A DNA stretch of 64,000 bases, taken from Gemmatimonadota bacterium (GTDB lineage Bacteria > Latescibacterota > UBA2968). Both the position numbers and the translations under genes were made by a program. Where the stretch lies: the NCBI GenBank assembly GCA_002727195.1, contig PBWH01000023.1, forward strand, positions 72,268-136,267. Direction: 5' to 3'. The notes below the pieces were generated by a model. The model saw only the letters and a program-made list of their open reading frames with translations. It had not been told where the DNA came from and ran no database searches. Shown piece after piece: positions 19,676 through 29,914 of the stretch. Numbering within the stretch: the stretch's first letter is position 1; each line of letters opens with the position of its first letter.

Positions 19676-20860
19676 TCACAGTTCCGGTGTTCGGTGTGCC
19701 TCAACCTGGTCCCAGTCCAGCTCCATACCGAGCCCCGGGCCATCCGGAATGTCCAGGTATCCATCCTTCAGTTCCAATTCTTCTTTCAGCAACAGGTCGT
19801 GGATCATGATCTCCGTAAACTCCACGACGGGGTCGGCGTTCTTGACCGCTGCTCCCAGGTGGAGCTTGGCGGCCACCTTTGACCCGACACCCCATTCGGT
19901 CCCGATCACGATCGGCAGATCGGCTGCCTCCGCAACGGCCGCCCACTGCTCGACGCCCCGGATGCCGCCGGCTTTTGCGCACTTCGTGTTGATGATGTCG
20001 GCCGCGTCCTGCTTCACGATCTGGTGTACCTGCGAGAGGCTGAACGCACTCTCGTCCGCCTCGACCGGAATCGAGGTGGACTCCCGAATCAGGCGATGGC
20101 CAGCCAGATCCATCGTCCCGACCGGCTGCTCCAGAATCTCGAGATCTACATCCGCCGCCTCCACGAGCCGACAGAATGTGATCGCTTCTTTGACCGTGTA
20201 GCCCTTGTTGGCGTCTACTCGCAGGCTGACGTCCGGTCCAAGCCGCTCCCGGATCGCCCGGATACACTCGGCATCGCGTATCGGGTCTGATCCGATCTTG
20301 GCTTTGATTCCCCGAATGCCCTGTTCGTAGTACTCGAAGCTGTGCTCGGCCATCTTCTCGGGCGTGTTGCGCGGCACCTCGATCCCGGCCAACACGCGAT
20401 CCCTCCTCTGGCCACCGAGGAGCGTGTACACCGGCAAATCGAGGATTTTGCCCACAAGATCGTGAAGGGCGAGGTCGATTCCGGAGGTCGAGAACCGGGT
20501 GGCGCCTCTGTCGGGATCCCTGGTTGTGCGGTCGATCAGAGCACGCCAATCGAGCGGATCCTGTCCGATCAGTCGAGGACCCATGTAATGATCGATCATC
20601 GCCTTGACGACCTCGACCGGTTCTGACGCATCGCAAGCAGCTTCGCCGACTCCCGTCAAACCCTCATTTGTATGGATCTTCACGATCACGTTCGACAGGA
20701 TGAGGTATTCGCTGTGGCCGTTCGAGACGTTCGTATTCGATCGTCCCTTTTCGACCGGGTACTTCGGGGGTGCATTCAGACCGTGAACCTTGTGTTCCCC
20801 GTCCGCGAACTTGCCGATCGGCAGGTTGACGGGAATCGTCTCGATCGCCGTGATTTTCAC
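19676..20860 (-). CDS. mandelate racemase / muconate lactonizing enzyme family protein (enolase superfamily)
   Basis: 394-aa ORF. ...IKAKIGSDP...LRVDANKGYT...LEILEQPV...VEADES...INTKCAKAGGI... gives the MR/MLE metal-ligand and barrel pattern. The GTG start overlaps the upstream stop as GTGA. Confidence 0.8.
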   Translation of the reverse strand: MKITAIETIPVNLPIGKFADGEHKVHGLNAPPKYPVEKGRSNTNVSNGHSEYLILSNVIVKIHTNEGLTGVGEAACDASEPVEVVKAMIDHYMGPRLIGQDPLDWRALIDRTTRDPDRGATRFSTSGIDLALHDLVGKILDLPVYTLLGGQRRDRVLAGIEVPRNTPEKMAEHSFEYYEQGIRGIKAKIGSDPIRDAECIRAIRERLGPDVSLRVDANKGYTVKEAITFCRLVEAADVDLEILEQPVGTMDLAGHRLIRESTSIPVEADESAFSLSQVHQIVKQDAADIINTKCAKAGGIRGVEQWAAVAEAADLPIVIGTEWGVGSKVAAKLHLGAAVKNADPVVEFTEIMIHDLLLKEELELKDGYLDIPDGPGLGMELDWDQVEAHRTPEL

Positions 20861-22206
20861 GCTTCCTCCACCGGGAGCACAAGGGGATACGCCTGGACCA
20901 TGCCGTTGCTTCCGACGATAGCTTCGACGTCATCGAGTTCGAGCGGCGCATCCTCGGTTACGTTCTCGTACCCGTCCTCGGTGATCAGGAGCGTATCCTC
21001 CACGCGAATGTAGCGTCGCTCCTCGGGAACCCACAGCATCGGGTCGAGCGTGATGAGCAAACCGGGCCGGAGCGGTTCATCCTTGTAGTGACCCACGTCG
21101 TGTACGGCCATTCCAACCGGATGGGTCAGGTGCATCTTCTCTAGCGATCGTCGGGCGGAAGCCTCGTAGATCGGTTTGGACCACTCTGTGGCTTCCACGA
21201 CCGACGCCATTCTCTCGGCAGACTCGGACGCGATCTGGTCAGGATGCACGCCGGGTCGGGTTAAGTCGAGCAGGACCTTGTGGTATTCGACGATGTACCC
21301 GTACAGCTCGCGCTGCACGTCCGAATAGCGACCGTTGACGGGCCACATTCTGCCGATGTCGCTCGTGTAGTAGCGGTAATCGGGTGCACAGTCGGCGAGG
21401 ACGAGGTCGCCGTCGTGGAGGGGCTGGTCGTTGGCCATGTAGTGGCCATACCACGCATTCTCACCGCCCGCGATGATCGCTCGGTAGCCGGCGTCTCGCG
21501 AACCGTTGACAAGATAAACGTATCGCATGACGGCATCGAGCTGATACTCCGTCACGCCAGGCTGGGTCGATCGCATGGCTGCCACAACGGCCAGCGCGGT
21601 CAGCTTACCCGCTTTCTGGCACAGGTCTCCTTCTGCCTCGCTCTTGATCAGCCGGAGCGAATCGATCGCGGGGGACAGGTCGTGCAGCTCTGCCCGGGGC
21701 ACTCGGGATCGGAGCAGGTCGATAAACGCACGTCCTCGTCCAGGCTGGCTGTCCCAGGGGTCGGCCATCGCTTCCTGGTGGGAACGTCGCAGGGTGTCCC
21801 AACTCATTCGGGGCCCCTCGGCCTCGCGCATGGGGACGTAGATGCTGGTGCTGTTCCCGATTGGCCCGCCCATCATCTCGATACCCGCCACTCGGTCCAC
21901 GCCCGTCAGCTCACACGCAAACTCAGCGTTGGCCGGCGAGAGCATTTCGACTTCATTCTCGCGACGTTCCTGAGGCTGATGCGGAAGGAACAGCGTCGAC
22001 GATCCGGATCCGCCCTGGATCACGAGATAGGCATGTGGGACTTCCACCCCAAACAGGTAGTAGAAGTCGTTGGTCTGACGGAACAGGTCGTGCGAGGGCT
22101 CTTTGGGTCCGCCTTGTATGACCGCCGTCGCCCCTTCGCCGATTGTTTCGGCGATCTGTTTCCGCCTGGTCACGAACTCCTGGCTAGTGAAATCAGTCTG
22201 ATACAC
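20857..22206 (-). CDS. Xaa-Pro aminopeptidase / prolidase (M24B family with an AMP_N-type N-domain)
   Basis: 449-aa ORF. ...FRQTNDFYYLFG... (AMP_N) and ...YTSDIGRMWPVNG...HPVGMAVHDVG...VEDTLLITEDG (M24 metal ligands). Confidence 0.8.
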   Translation of the reverse strand: MYQTDFTSQEFVTRRKQIAETIGEGATAVIQGGPKEPSHDLFRQTNDFYYLFGVEVPHAYLVIQGGSGSSTLFLPHQPQERRENEVEMLSPANAEFACELTGVDRVAGIEMMGGPIGNSTSIYVPMREAEGPRMSWDTLRRSHQEAMADPWDSQPGRGRAFIDLLRSRVPRAELHDLSPAIDSLRLIKSEAEGDLCQKAGKLTALAVVAAMRSTQPGVTEYQLDAVMRYVYLVNGSRDAGYRAIIAGGENAWYGHYMANDQPLHDGDLVLADCAPDYRYYTSDIGRMWPVNGRYSDVQRELYGYIVEYHKVLLDLTRPGVHPDQIASESAERMASVVEATEWSKPIYEASARRSLEKMHLTHPVGMAVHDVGHYKDEPLRPGLLITLDPMLWVPEERRYIRVEDTLLITEDGYENVTEDAPLELDDVEAIVGSNGMVQAYPLVLPVEEA

Positions 22207-22398
22207 GCTTCTCGAACATTGTGCTTTGGTTACTAAGGATACAGGTCGTCCTGTGGAGCCTGACAGACCTGACAGGAACGCATATATATATCATCTTCGC
22301 TGCCGGCGATACCGCGGTGGTGCCTTTTGTCAAGGAGGTAAGGCGTCCCGAGCAGACCAGGTGATGGCGCTTTCGGCAGTATTCGACGGAGAACACGG

Positions 22399-23336
22399 AT
22401 GAACGTGACTTTCTGAACAAAGTGTGTGTAACCCCCGGGCATACCCGGGCCTGAGGAGGCTGCTCAGGAGGTCGTGCAAGGCATCCTGGCCGCGACGTCG
22501 ACGAGATCGGTATGCTCGTCAAGCGGATCGACGGCGACGGGTTTACCGGGATCGAGACCGTGGGCGGCCTGAATCCGCAGCTCATGGTCGGACAGCGGGT
22601 CATTGTCCATAGCCGCGAGTCCGTGAACGGCGTGATCGTGCCGTGGAAGCGGGGGCATCCGGTCCCAGAGCTGCACGAAATCCTGATCGATGTGGGTATG
22701 CCGGTCGATGACGTTCGCTCGGCCGTCGAGATCGGCGACGTCGTGATGTTCGCCCAGGACCTCAGTCTCCTGCACGAGAATGTCTATACCGGGCGGAACT
22801 TCGACGACCGGATCGGCATCTACTGTCTACTGGACGCGATGGCGAACGTGGGTCAAACGTCGGTGGACACCTATGCGGCCAGCACGGTACAGGAAGAGCT
22901 AGGTGTGCGCGGAATGCCGGCTGCTGCCTTTGCGATCGAGCCCGGTGTCGGTGTGGCACTCGACGGCAGCGCTATGGGTGGGGCGCACATCGCCGAACAC
23001 GAATCGACCTGTGAGATGGGGCGGGGATAGGGATCTACCTGATGGATCGGCTGACTGTTGGAAACCCCAAGCTGGTCAAGTTCTTGATCGACCTGTGCTA
23101 GTCGGGGGGGATCCGCTACCAGCGGAACATCGGGGGAGGGACGGGCGTCTGCCATACAACGCAGTTGGGCGGGCGTCTGGGCGACGACAATCGGTGCGCC
23201 TGTCCGCTGCGTGCACTCGACCGTTCAGCTCGTACACAAAGATGACATCGATGCTACCGTCCAGTTGTTCGTGTGGCTCAAAGGGGTCGAGTCACAGCAC
23301 CTGGAAGGTGTGAAGGAACGAACGCTGTCCACCTAG
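22399..23336 (+). pseudogene. M42 family peptidase (FrvX / glutamyl aminopeptidase-like), heavily decayed
   Basis: Fragments lie in several frames. They include FLNKVCVTPG / IPGPEEAAQEVV (shift in a C5 run at 22432-22436) and ILAA / DVDEIGMLVKRIDGDGFTGIETVGG. The main ORF is 22512..23030, followed by GIGIYLMDRL...LIDLC-TAG(23099-23101)-SGGIRYQRNIGGGT and a further shift to ...GAPVRCVHS.... The N-terminal region is also shortened. Confidence 0.7.
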
Positions 23337-23381
23337 GCAGCCGCCTCTCATTATCGACAGAAGAAATATTACGGAGCAACA

Positions 23382-24194
23382 ATGGACAGATCTTTGAAGC
23401 TGATGACCTACAACCTGAAATACGCGAGTCCCAAATTCGATCCATCGTGGGATGTCCGACGTGAGTGGCAAGTGGACCTGTTTCGCCAGTCCCTGCCCGA
23501 CGTGATCGGTACACAGGAAGGTTTGAAAGGACAGGTTGACTACCTGGCGGATCAGCTTCCGGAGTACGTTGCCGTTGGTGAAGGACGAAAGGGGGGAGAT
23601 GCCGATGAGCACATGGCGATCTTCATCAAACGGGACCGATTTCGTCTCCGAGAGATGGGGAGCTTTCAGCTATCGGAGACCCCGGCTGTCCCGGGAAGCG
23701 GTCCCCCGAACAATCCTCGAATGGTCACGTGGGTGCGGTTGGCCGAGATCGACGTTCCGGCAAAGGGTGAGTCAGGGTGGTATCCGATCGACTACAGGGG
23801 GCACTGGGAGCAAACGCGGGAGCTATACGTCTTCAACACCCACCTGGATGTGGGCAAGCACCGGCAGTTGGCGAGACTTAACAGCGCAAAATTGATCCTT
23901 GAGCGGATCAACGCGCTCGATCGGTTTGGTGAGTGGACCCAGCCACGTCCGGTGTTTCTGCTTGGAGACTTCAACGCGAGACCTGGAAGCGATCCTCATC
24001 GGGTCCTCGTTGGCGATGGGGATTCGGACGATCCGCGCCTGCTGGAGGACAGTGCCGACGGCGAAGACAGAATTGACTGGATTCTGTCGAAGGGAGACGT
24101 CGAGGTGCAATCGTACGAAGTGGTCGACTACAACGTCAACGGGGTCTATCCATCCGACCACAAGCCGATTCTCGTCGAGTATCAGGTTTCCTGA
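23382..24194 (+). CDS. endonuclease/exonuclease/phosphatase (EEP) family protein
   Basis: 270-aa ORF. LKLMTYNLKY...VIGTQEG...MAIFIKRDRF...NTHLD...LLGDFNA...PSDHKPILVEY gives the full EEP motif set. Confidence 0.85.
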   Translation: MDRSLKLMTYNLKYASPKFDPSWDVRREWQVDLFRQSLPDVIGTQEGLKGQVDYLADQLPEYVAVGEGRKGGDADEHMAIFIKRDRFRLREMGSFQLSETPAVPGSGPPNNPRMVTWVRLAEIDVPAKGESGWYPIDYRGHWEQTRELYVFNTHLDVGKHRQLARLNSAKLILERINALDRFGEWTQPRPVFLLGDFNARPGSDPHRVLVGDGDSDDPRLLEDSADGEDRIDWILSKGDVEVQSYEVVDYNVNGVYPSDHKPILVEYQVS

Positions 24195-24217
24195 CGGCGA
24201 GGGACAATCGCAGATGT

Positions 24218-25888
24218 TCAGGGGTGGGCGGTCGTCTTTACGCGTTCTACCGGCAGTGCGCCACGGTAGAGGCGCAAGTCGGCGATACATCCTGCAAAGC
24301 TCCCTTGGGCGCCTGAACCGATCGTCAACGGCTGAGCGTTTGTCAGGTCGAACGTGTGACCGGCGGGAGACTTCGACACGGCTGAACACGCACCGTTCAC
24401 GTAGAGTCGAAGCTCCTTGCCCTGACGCACTGCAGCCAGGTGGGTCCACGCCCCGCCGATGTCGTGGTCGTGGCTGACGACCTGTCCCAATTCGCTCGAG
24501 TAGACGCGGCCAAGGGTTTCGTCGGGATCGACATCGATTGACCGGCTGATACAGGAACCTGTTGCGGCAAACAGGCGGTTCTGGAACGCCGCCATCGTCG
24601 GGACGCGACACCACGAGGCGGTTTCATCGACCGAGTAGTCCGGTCGGCTCGCAAGGCTGTTCATCAGGGTCCAAGCCCCATCGGTTTCGTAGCGCCATAC
24701 CTGCGCCTTCGGGATCACACCTGCGTACAACTTGCCATTGTAGACGATCAGGTTGTTGATTTCGTTGATTTCCTGGTGCTCGCCCTCGGGGATCCCAAGT
24801 CGCCCGGTGTTGGTCCATTCCTCACCTTCCCACCGCAGGACGTATCCCTGTGGCCAGGTGCCTGCCCACAGCTTGCCCTGATGGGTCTGGAATACGTGCG
24901 TCTGCGTGATTCCGTGCGGCTCTCGTGACAGGCAGGTCCAGGTCTGGTCACCTTCGTATCGGTAGTGGTTTCTGTGTGTGGCGCCGTATAGAATCCCGTC
25001 AACGGGTAACAGGTTCTCGAAGTTGTCTCCGTCCGGTGCTCCGCAGTCGATCCAGTCCTGTCCGTCGTATCTGAAGCAGCGCCCCCCGCCGACTCAGTCC
25101 AGGCCGACATAGAGATCGTCGTCGAAACTCGCCATGGTCAGCACCCGCACGCTGGCCCCGACCTGTCCGAGGTCACGCCACTCCCGACCGCCCTCGTAGA
25201 CGAACACGTGCGAGAGGGCAGGGTCGAAGCCGTCCCCCGAAGCCCGAACCCAGTCCCATACGCCCGTACCCGCGTAGAGTCGCCCGTCGTGTGCGATCAT
25301 CGATTGAACCGACAGATGTCGGGGGTTGCTCCCCAGCCGACCACAATCTTCCCAGTCGGTGCCTCCGGCCCATCGGAAGACGCGTGCTGCATCCATCGGG
25401 TCGTCGGCGTCGGCGATACTCCCGTAGAGCTCACCGTCGAAGGCGACCAGAGCCGAGACCAGCGAATTGCTCGGCCACGGTTTACCGCAGTCTGTTCACC
25501 CGCCGACATAGCCGTCGTCGATGCCGAAATGGACGTGACGGGTGTCGGACATCGAGCTGTAACCGGCCGTGCTGCCAGCGATCTGCAGGTTGATCCCGCA
25601 GCGGCTGAACGGGTCGAATTTGGCCAGCACATCTCCGAACACCCCACGCATCGGCCTGTCACATCGCACCCATACCGTAATTGAGAAATCCTGGTTGCCT
25701 AGCTGCAGGTCGGGTGCGGCAGGGATTTCGATCTGGCTGTCAGATGATTTGAAGTGCGCCGACCCTGAGGCGTTGTCTCTGGGGCCGTCAACGAAATCGA
25801 CGTGGTGTGCTGCCCCGTGATTCTCGCCAGCGATGTCGCGCGCACCCTCCGTGAGCGGCCAGTGTCCAGTTAGTTTGTGTTCTGCCAC
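24218..25888 (-). pseudogene. LamG - Kelch-like beta-propeller - LamG protein; a single 556-codon frame containing two in-frame TGA codons and no frameshift
   Basis: ORFs 25496..25978, 25094..25396 and 24218..24730 share one frame. I translated codon by codon across both junctions. They read ...GIDDGYVGG-TGA(25496-25498)-TDCGKPWPSN... and ...DDLYVGLD-TGA(25094-25096)-VGGGRCFRYDGQDW.... The likely start is GTG 25888 with GGAGA 6 nt upstream. The N-terminal (HWPLTEG...) and C-terminal (LTIGSGAQGSFAGCIADLRLY) domains are LamG-type. Confidence 0.7.
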
Positions 25889-25934
25889 GTTCGCTCTCCG
25901 TTGACGTCTGGAATACTCACATAAGAGGCATGCA

Positions 25935-26909
25935 TTAGCCACCATACCCTTCCGCGTAGCCCATTCCTGTCTGCCCAAACCCGTTTCCGGTGTACCAGCA
26001 GCGATAGGTGTCTCCTGATTTGATCACGGAGACGTAGCATCGCTGCTGGTCGTCGAAACATCCCTGTTTGCCGACGCCCAACTCACCGTCGATCCCGCTT
26101 TTCTGCCAGGTCCAGTGCATTCCGTCCCTGCTGAACAGGCTCCTGACACGGTAGGCCGTACCAAACGTGTGCAGCCACATCCGGTAGCCGTCTTCCTCCT
26201 CGAGCAGAAAGGGTTTCGAGCTGATGTATTCGTACGGCTCGGTCTCGAATCCCCTTGGGGATACCATCAGATCGTCCAGCGGCTTTGCCCAGGACACACC
26301 GTCATCCGAAACCGCATACCCGACGCCAATCCTCGGGATCACGTCGCCGTGGCCTGTTTCCACGCCTTCCGGTCTGTCGAAGTAGTCACCGATCGACGTG
26401 TAGTATATGTGGAAGCGGTCTGCATCGTGGCGGACGAACACGCTGCCCGTGCCCTCCCGGTCCCAGGGACGATCCGTTTCAAGGGTCGGCTTGTCGTGAC
26501 GGTAATAGAAGCTTTGGCCTGCGTCGTCGCTGAACGCCATGCCCGTCGTGTTCGGGAGCTTGCCATCGGCACGGGGTATGCCCCAGCCGCAGATATACAT
26601 CAGCCACGAACCATCGACTCGGGGAACGACGAACGGAAACCCGGGACCCTGGTCGTTGTATGCCGTTCCGGGTTGACGGTCCAGAACGCTCCCGCACGCC
26701 GTCCACTCGTTGGGGCGGTCAATGGGAGCCTCTGCCAGACAGATGTGGTGATACCCGTCCGCACCCGTTCCCCAATAGTACATTCGGTAGGCATCGCCGA
26801 CCTGGATGACGTGTCCTGCGCCCGCCCTTTTGGCATCCAGGTCGCCGTGGAGCTGTCTCGGGCTGATAACGGGCTGTTCGTATGGAAAGGTCCAGTCGAT
26901 GTTCTGCAC
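25935..26909 (-). CDS. five-bladed beta-propeller glycoside-hydrolase-like protein (GH130/GH43-like fold), paralog 2
   Basis: 324-aa ORF with blade signatures YRMYYWG, WLMYICG, FHIYYTS, YRMWLHT and YRCWYTG. SDDG/SRDG motifs are present. No signal peptide. Stop is TAA. Confidence 0.6.
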   Translation of the reverse strand: MQNIDWTFPYEQPVISPRQLHGDLDAKRAGAGHVIQVGDAYRMYYWGTGADGYHHICLAEAPIDRPNEWTACGSVLDRQPGTAYNDQGPGFPFVVPRVDGSWLMYICGWGIPRADGKLPNTTGMAFSDDAGQSFYYRHDKPTLETDRPWDREGTGSVFVRHDADRFHIYYTSIGDYFDRPEGVETGHGDVIPRIGVGYAVSDDGVSWAKPLDDLMVSPRGFETEPYEYISSKPFLLEEEDGYRMWLHTFGTAYRVRSLFSRDGMHWTWQKSGIDGELGVGKQGCFDDQQRCYVSVIKSGDTYRCWYTGNGFGQTGMGYAEGYGG

Positions 26910-27077
26910 AACGCCTCACTGACCATGTATGTGCTTTGACGAGGGTAAGTGTTCAATCGGAAATGAGGCCACTGTCGACGTCAGTTGTCAACGTATTCAC
27001 CACCTGATGCCAAGAATCTGGTATCGTGTGCCGCACGAGCCTTCAACCTACCCAAACACTCCTGCCCAAGGGTGTAA

Positions 27078-28015
27078 ATGTCTGACAAAACTCCCAACAT
27101 TGTCATTATCTTCTGAAAGACGCTGGTTACAAGACGGGCATTTTCGGTAAATGACATCTCGCTCTTAATCCTAAATTCCACCCGCTGAATCGTGGTTTCG
27201 ACGAGTTCTACGGTTTTTTGGGTCACGGGGCACACGACTCCTTCGACTTGACATCCAAACCGGATCAGGCACACAACGCGATGTACCGCAACGAAGAGAT
27301 CATCAACGACACAGGTTATCTGACGAATACTCGGGTGGGAAGCGGTCTCGTTCATCGAACGGCAAAAAGAAGATCCCTTCTTCCTGTATCTACCGTTCAA
27401 TGCCGTACACTGGCCACTACAGGCACCCCAGGATGACATCGCCTGCTACAACACGGACAATCCTGACCGAACCATTCAGCTGGCCATGGTCAAACGTATG
27501 GATATCGCCATCGGCGCTGTGATGGACGCGATCGAGGAAACAGGTGTTCGGGACAATACACCGGGTTTTTTCTGACAACGGAGGTACGAAGAAGAATCAC
27601 GCGGACAACACGCCACCACGAGACTCCAAAGCGAGCGTCTATGAAGGGGGACTGCGGGTGCCCTTTGCCGTGAACTGGCCCGGGCACATCGAGGCGGGTA
27701 GTACTTGCAGCGAGCCGGTTCGTTCGATCTGATACCCACGATTTGCTCTTGCCTGTATTTACGGGCGAGAACAGCGATACCGTTCACGAGCATCTCTTCT
27801 TTGACGGTGACGATGGGTACTGGTCCGTGCGGGCAGGGGACTGGAAGCTGGTTTCGAACGAAGCTGGGGAGCTCGAACTCTACAACTTGAATGACGACAT
27901 CGGAGAGTCTGTAGATCTGGCGGCACAGAACGAGGCAAAGGTGGTCGAATTGAACAGGGTATATTAGTCCTGGTGCGAGGAGATGGGGCCGAAAATCGCC
28001 GCCAAGGGAGGTTGA
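27078..28015 (+). pseudogene. formylglycine-type sulfatase, heavily decayed (internal deletion, at least 3 frameshifts, in-frame TGA and TAG)
   Basis: MSDKTPNIVIIF is joined directly to LKDAGYKTGIFGK-TGA(27152-27154)-HLALNP...RGFDEFYGFLGHGAHD, so the CxPxR active-site segment has been deleted. Frameshifts lie near 27325, in a T6 run (27566-27571) and near 27725. TAG at 27965-27967 precedes SWCEEMG. The region is visibly AT-richer than its neighbours. Confidence 0.8.
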
Positions 28016-28101
28016 CCAACACAGGATGGTACGAGACATCTCCGGCCGAGGGCAGTATCTTGCCGCCCTCAAAAGTCCCAACAACTGATCAAGGGTTCTA
28101 C

Positions 28102-29676
28102 ATGAAACCGAACATTGTATTCGCCTTCGCCGACGACTGGGGACGCTACGCCAGCGCCTACGCCGATCACGAAGGCCCGAACTCTCTGAACACATTGCTC
28201 GATACGCCCAACTTCGACCGCATCGCGCGGGAGGGCGCTCTCTTCACGAATACCTATGTGCCCGCACCCAGTTGTACGCCCTGTCGAAGCTCGATCCTGT
28301 CCGGCCAGTATTTTTGGCAGACGGGGATGGGAGCGATTCTGGCGGGCGCACGGTGGGACGAGTCGATTCCCACATATCCGCTCGAGCTCGAGAAGGCCGG
28401 GTATCACATCGGCTATACATACAAAGTCTGGTCGCCTGGCGAGACGAAAAACGCTCCTATCGGTGCGGAGCGAACGGCGTATGAGCCGGCGGGGACGAAG
28501 TTCAGCCGGTTCTCATATCGGGCAACGGAACGCGCTCCCGAGGTCGGGGTAGAAGCGGCGAAAGAGGAGCTGTATGACGAAACGCGTCAGAACTTCGATG
28601 CGTTCCTGGATGCGAGACCGGAAGGCTCACCGTTCTGCTATTGGTGGGGTCCGACGAACACGCACCGGAAGTGGCAGAAGGGGTCTGGAAAAGAGCTGTG
28701 GGGTATCGAGCCGGATGATCTGAAAGGGAAACTCCCCGAGTTCCTGCCGGACGTTCACGAGATCAGGGAGGATGTCGGCGATTATCTCGGCGAGTGTATG
28801 GCCTTTGATGGTGGGTTGGGAGTGATTCTCGAACGCCTGGAAGCGATCGGAGAACTGGAGAATACTCTGATCGTGGTGAGCGGCGACCACGGGATCCCCG
28901 GGTTCCCGCGCGGGAAGTGCAATCTCTACGATATAGGATGTGAGGTCGCTCTTGCAGCTCGGTGGCCCGGCCGAATCCAACCCGGTCGTGTCGTGGACGA
29001 TTTCGTCAACCTGATGGACCTCGGGCCTACCTTCGTGGAAGCGGCGGATGTTCCTGTCCCCGAAACGATGACTGGTAAGAGTCTGCTTCCCGTAATGGAG
29101 AGCGATTCAAGCGGTCAGGTCGATCCCGATCGTACCTTCGTGGTCACCGGCCGCGAGCGACACGTCTCCATTGCACGAGAAGGGAATTTGCCCTATCCGC
29201 AGCGTGCCATTCGGACGAAGGAATTCCTCTACGTCCACAATTTTGCGCCTGATCGTTGGCCGGCAGGAGATGCGGCTGGGCTCGATGATCCAAACACCAA
29301 GCCTCCATCCTACGAGAGCCTGGAGCACGAGACCTACGTCGCGTATCCCGACATGGATGCCAGTCCAACCAAGGCCTGGATGATCTATCACCGGGCCGAA
29401 GACGAGGTGCAGCGTGCTTTTGATCTCGGGTTCGGGAAGCGCCCTGAGGTGGAGCTCTATGATCTCCGCATCGACCCGCACTACATGAACAACCTGGCGG
29501 ATGACCCGGAGTACGATGCTCCCAGACAGGAACACCACGATCTACTGATGGCCGTGTTGAAGGAGGAGGAGGATCCTCGGGTGGTCGAGGAGCCGTGTCG
29601 GTTCGAGCACGAACCGTATACGGGCAGGGATCCGCATCGGGAGGCACGGCAGCGAAAGGCGTTGGGCTCCAGTTGA
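28102..29676 (+). CDS. formylglycine-type sulfatase (type I), leaderless
   Basis: ORF 27973..29676; the likely start is ATG 28102 (MKPNIVFAFADDWG). The active site is APSCTPCRSSILSG (CxPxR). ...LIVVSGDHG... is also present. There is no room for a signal peptide. Confidence 0.85.
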   Translation: MKPNIVFAFADDWGRYASAYADHEGPNSLNTLLDTPNFDRIAREGALFTNTYVPAPSCTPCRSSILSGQYFWQTGMGAILAGARWDESIPTYPLELEKAGYHIGYTYKVWSPGETKNAPIGAERTAYEPAGTKFSRFSYRATERAPEVGVEAAKEELYDETRQNFDAFLDARPEGSPFCYWWGPTNTHRKWQKGSGKELWGIEPDDLKGKLPEFLPDVHEIREDVGDYLGECMAFDGGLGVILERLEAIGELENTLIVVSGDHGIPGFPRGKCNLYDIGCEVALAARWPGRIQPGRVVDDFVNLMDLGPTFVEAADVPVPETMTGKSLLPVMESDSSGQVDPDRTFVVTGRERHVSIAREGNLPYPQRAIRTKEFLYVHNFAPDRWPAGDAAGLDDPNTKPPSYESLEHETYVAYPDMDASPTKAWMIYHRAEDEVQRAFDLGFGKRPEVELYDLRIDPHYMNNLADDPEYDAPRQEHHDLLMAVLKEEEDPRVVEEPCRFEHEPYTGRDPHREARQRKALGSS

Positions 29677-29708
29677 ACCTGGACCAAAGTGAAAAGCCTT
29701 CACCGCAG

Positions 29709-29914
29709 TCCCCTTCGCTGAAGCTGCGGCGGGCCAGGGAGGACGCAGAGAATGGCTGGGTGTGGTGGGAGCTCGGTAGGTCGAGGCGCGAATAGCCGGG
29801 GGTGGAGTCGAAGCGCAGCGAAGACGGAACCCCGAGTAAAACACGCGAGGATCGCGGGTGTTCCGCCCCGAAATGGTTATTCGTTAGCCTGGGGCGGAAG
29901 CCCCAGTTCAAGCG
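29709..29914 (+). repeat. structured non-coding dispersed element, copy A (contains a CTGGGGC-GGAA-GCCCCAG tetraloop hairpin at 29888-29905)
   Basis: Lies in the 437-bp non-coding gap 29677..30113. Its blocks TCCCCTTCGCTGAAGCTGCGGCGGGCCAGG, GGAACCCCGAGTA and CCCCGAAATGG...TCGTTAGCCTGGGGCGGAAGCCCCAGTTCAAGCGA recur in reverse complement at 32542..32672. Confidence 0.6.

Noticed and set aside
19701-20636. 311-aa ORF on the same strand as the MR/MLE gene but in another frame
   Set aside because: It has Arg/Gly/Pro-rich composition and lies fully inside a gene with clear enolase-superfamily motifs. It is an out-of-frame artefact. The same reasoning applies to 21280..22236, 33271..34131, 35411..36307, 37280..38320, 42647..43390 and 45181..45747.
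25094-25498. Selenocysteine at the two TGAs of the LamG-propeller gene (the first gives a U-x-x-C-like context, TGA-T-D-C)
   Set aside because: The internal repeats predict Trp, not Cys. I see only a generic 6-bp GC stem (GCCGAG/CTCGGC) about 22 nt downstream of the first TGA, not a convincing bacterial SECIS. A lectin/propeller protein is an implausible selenoprotein.
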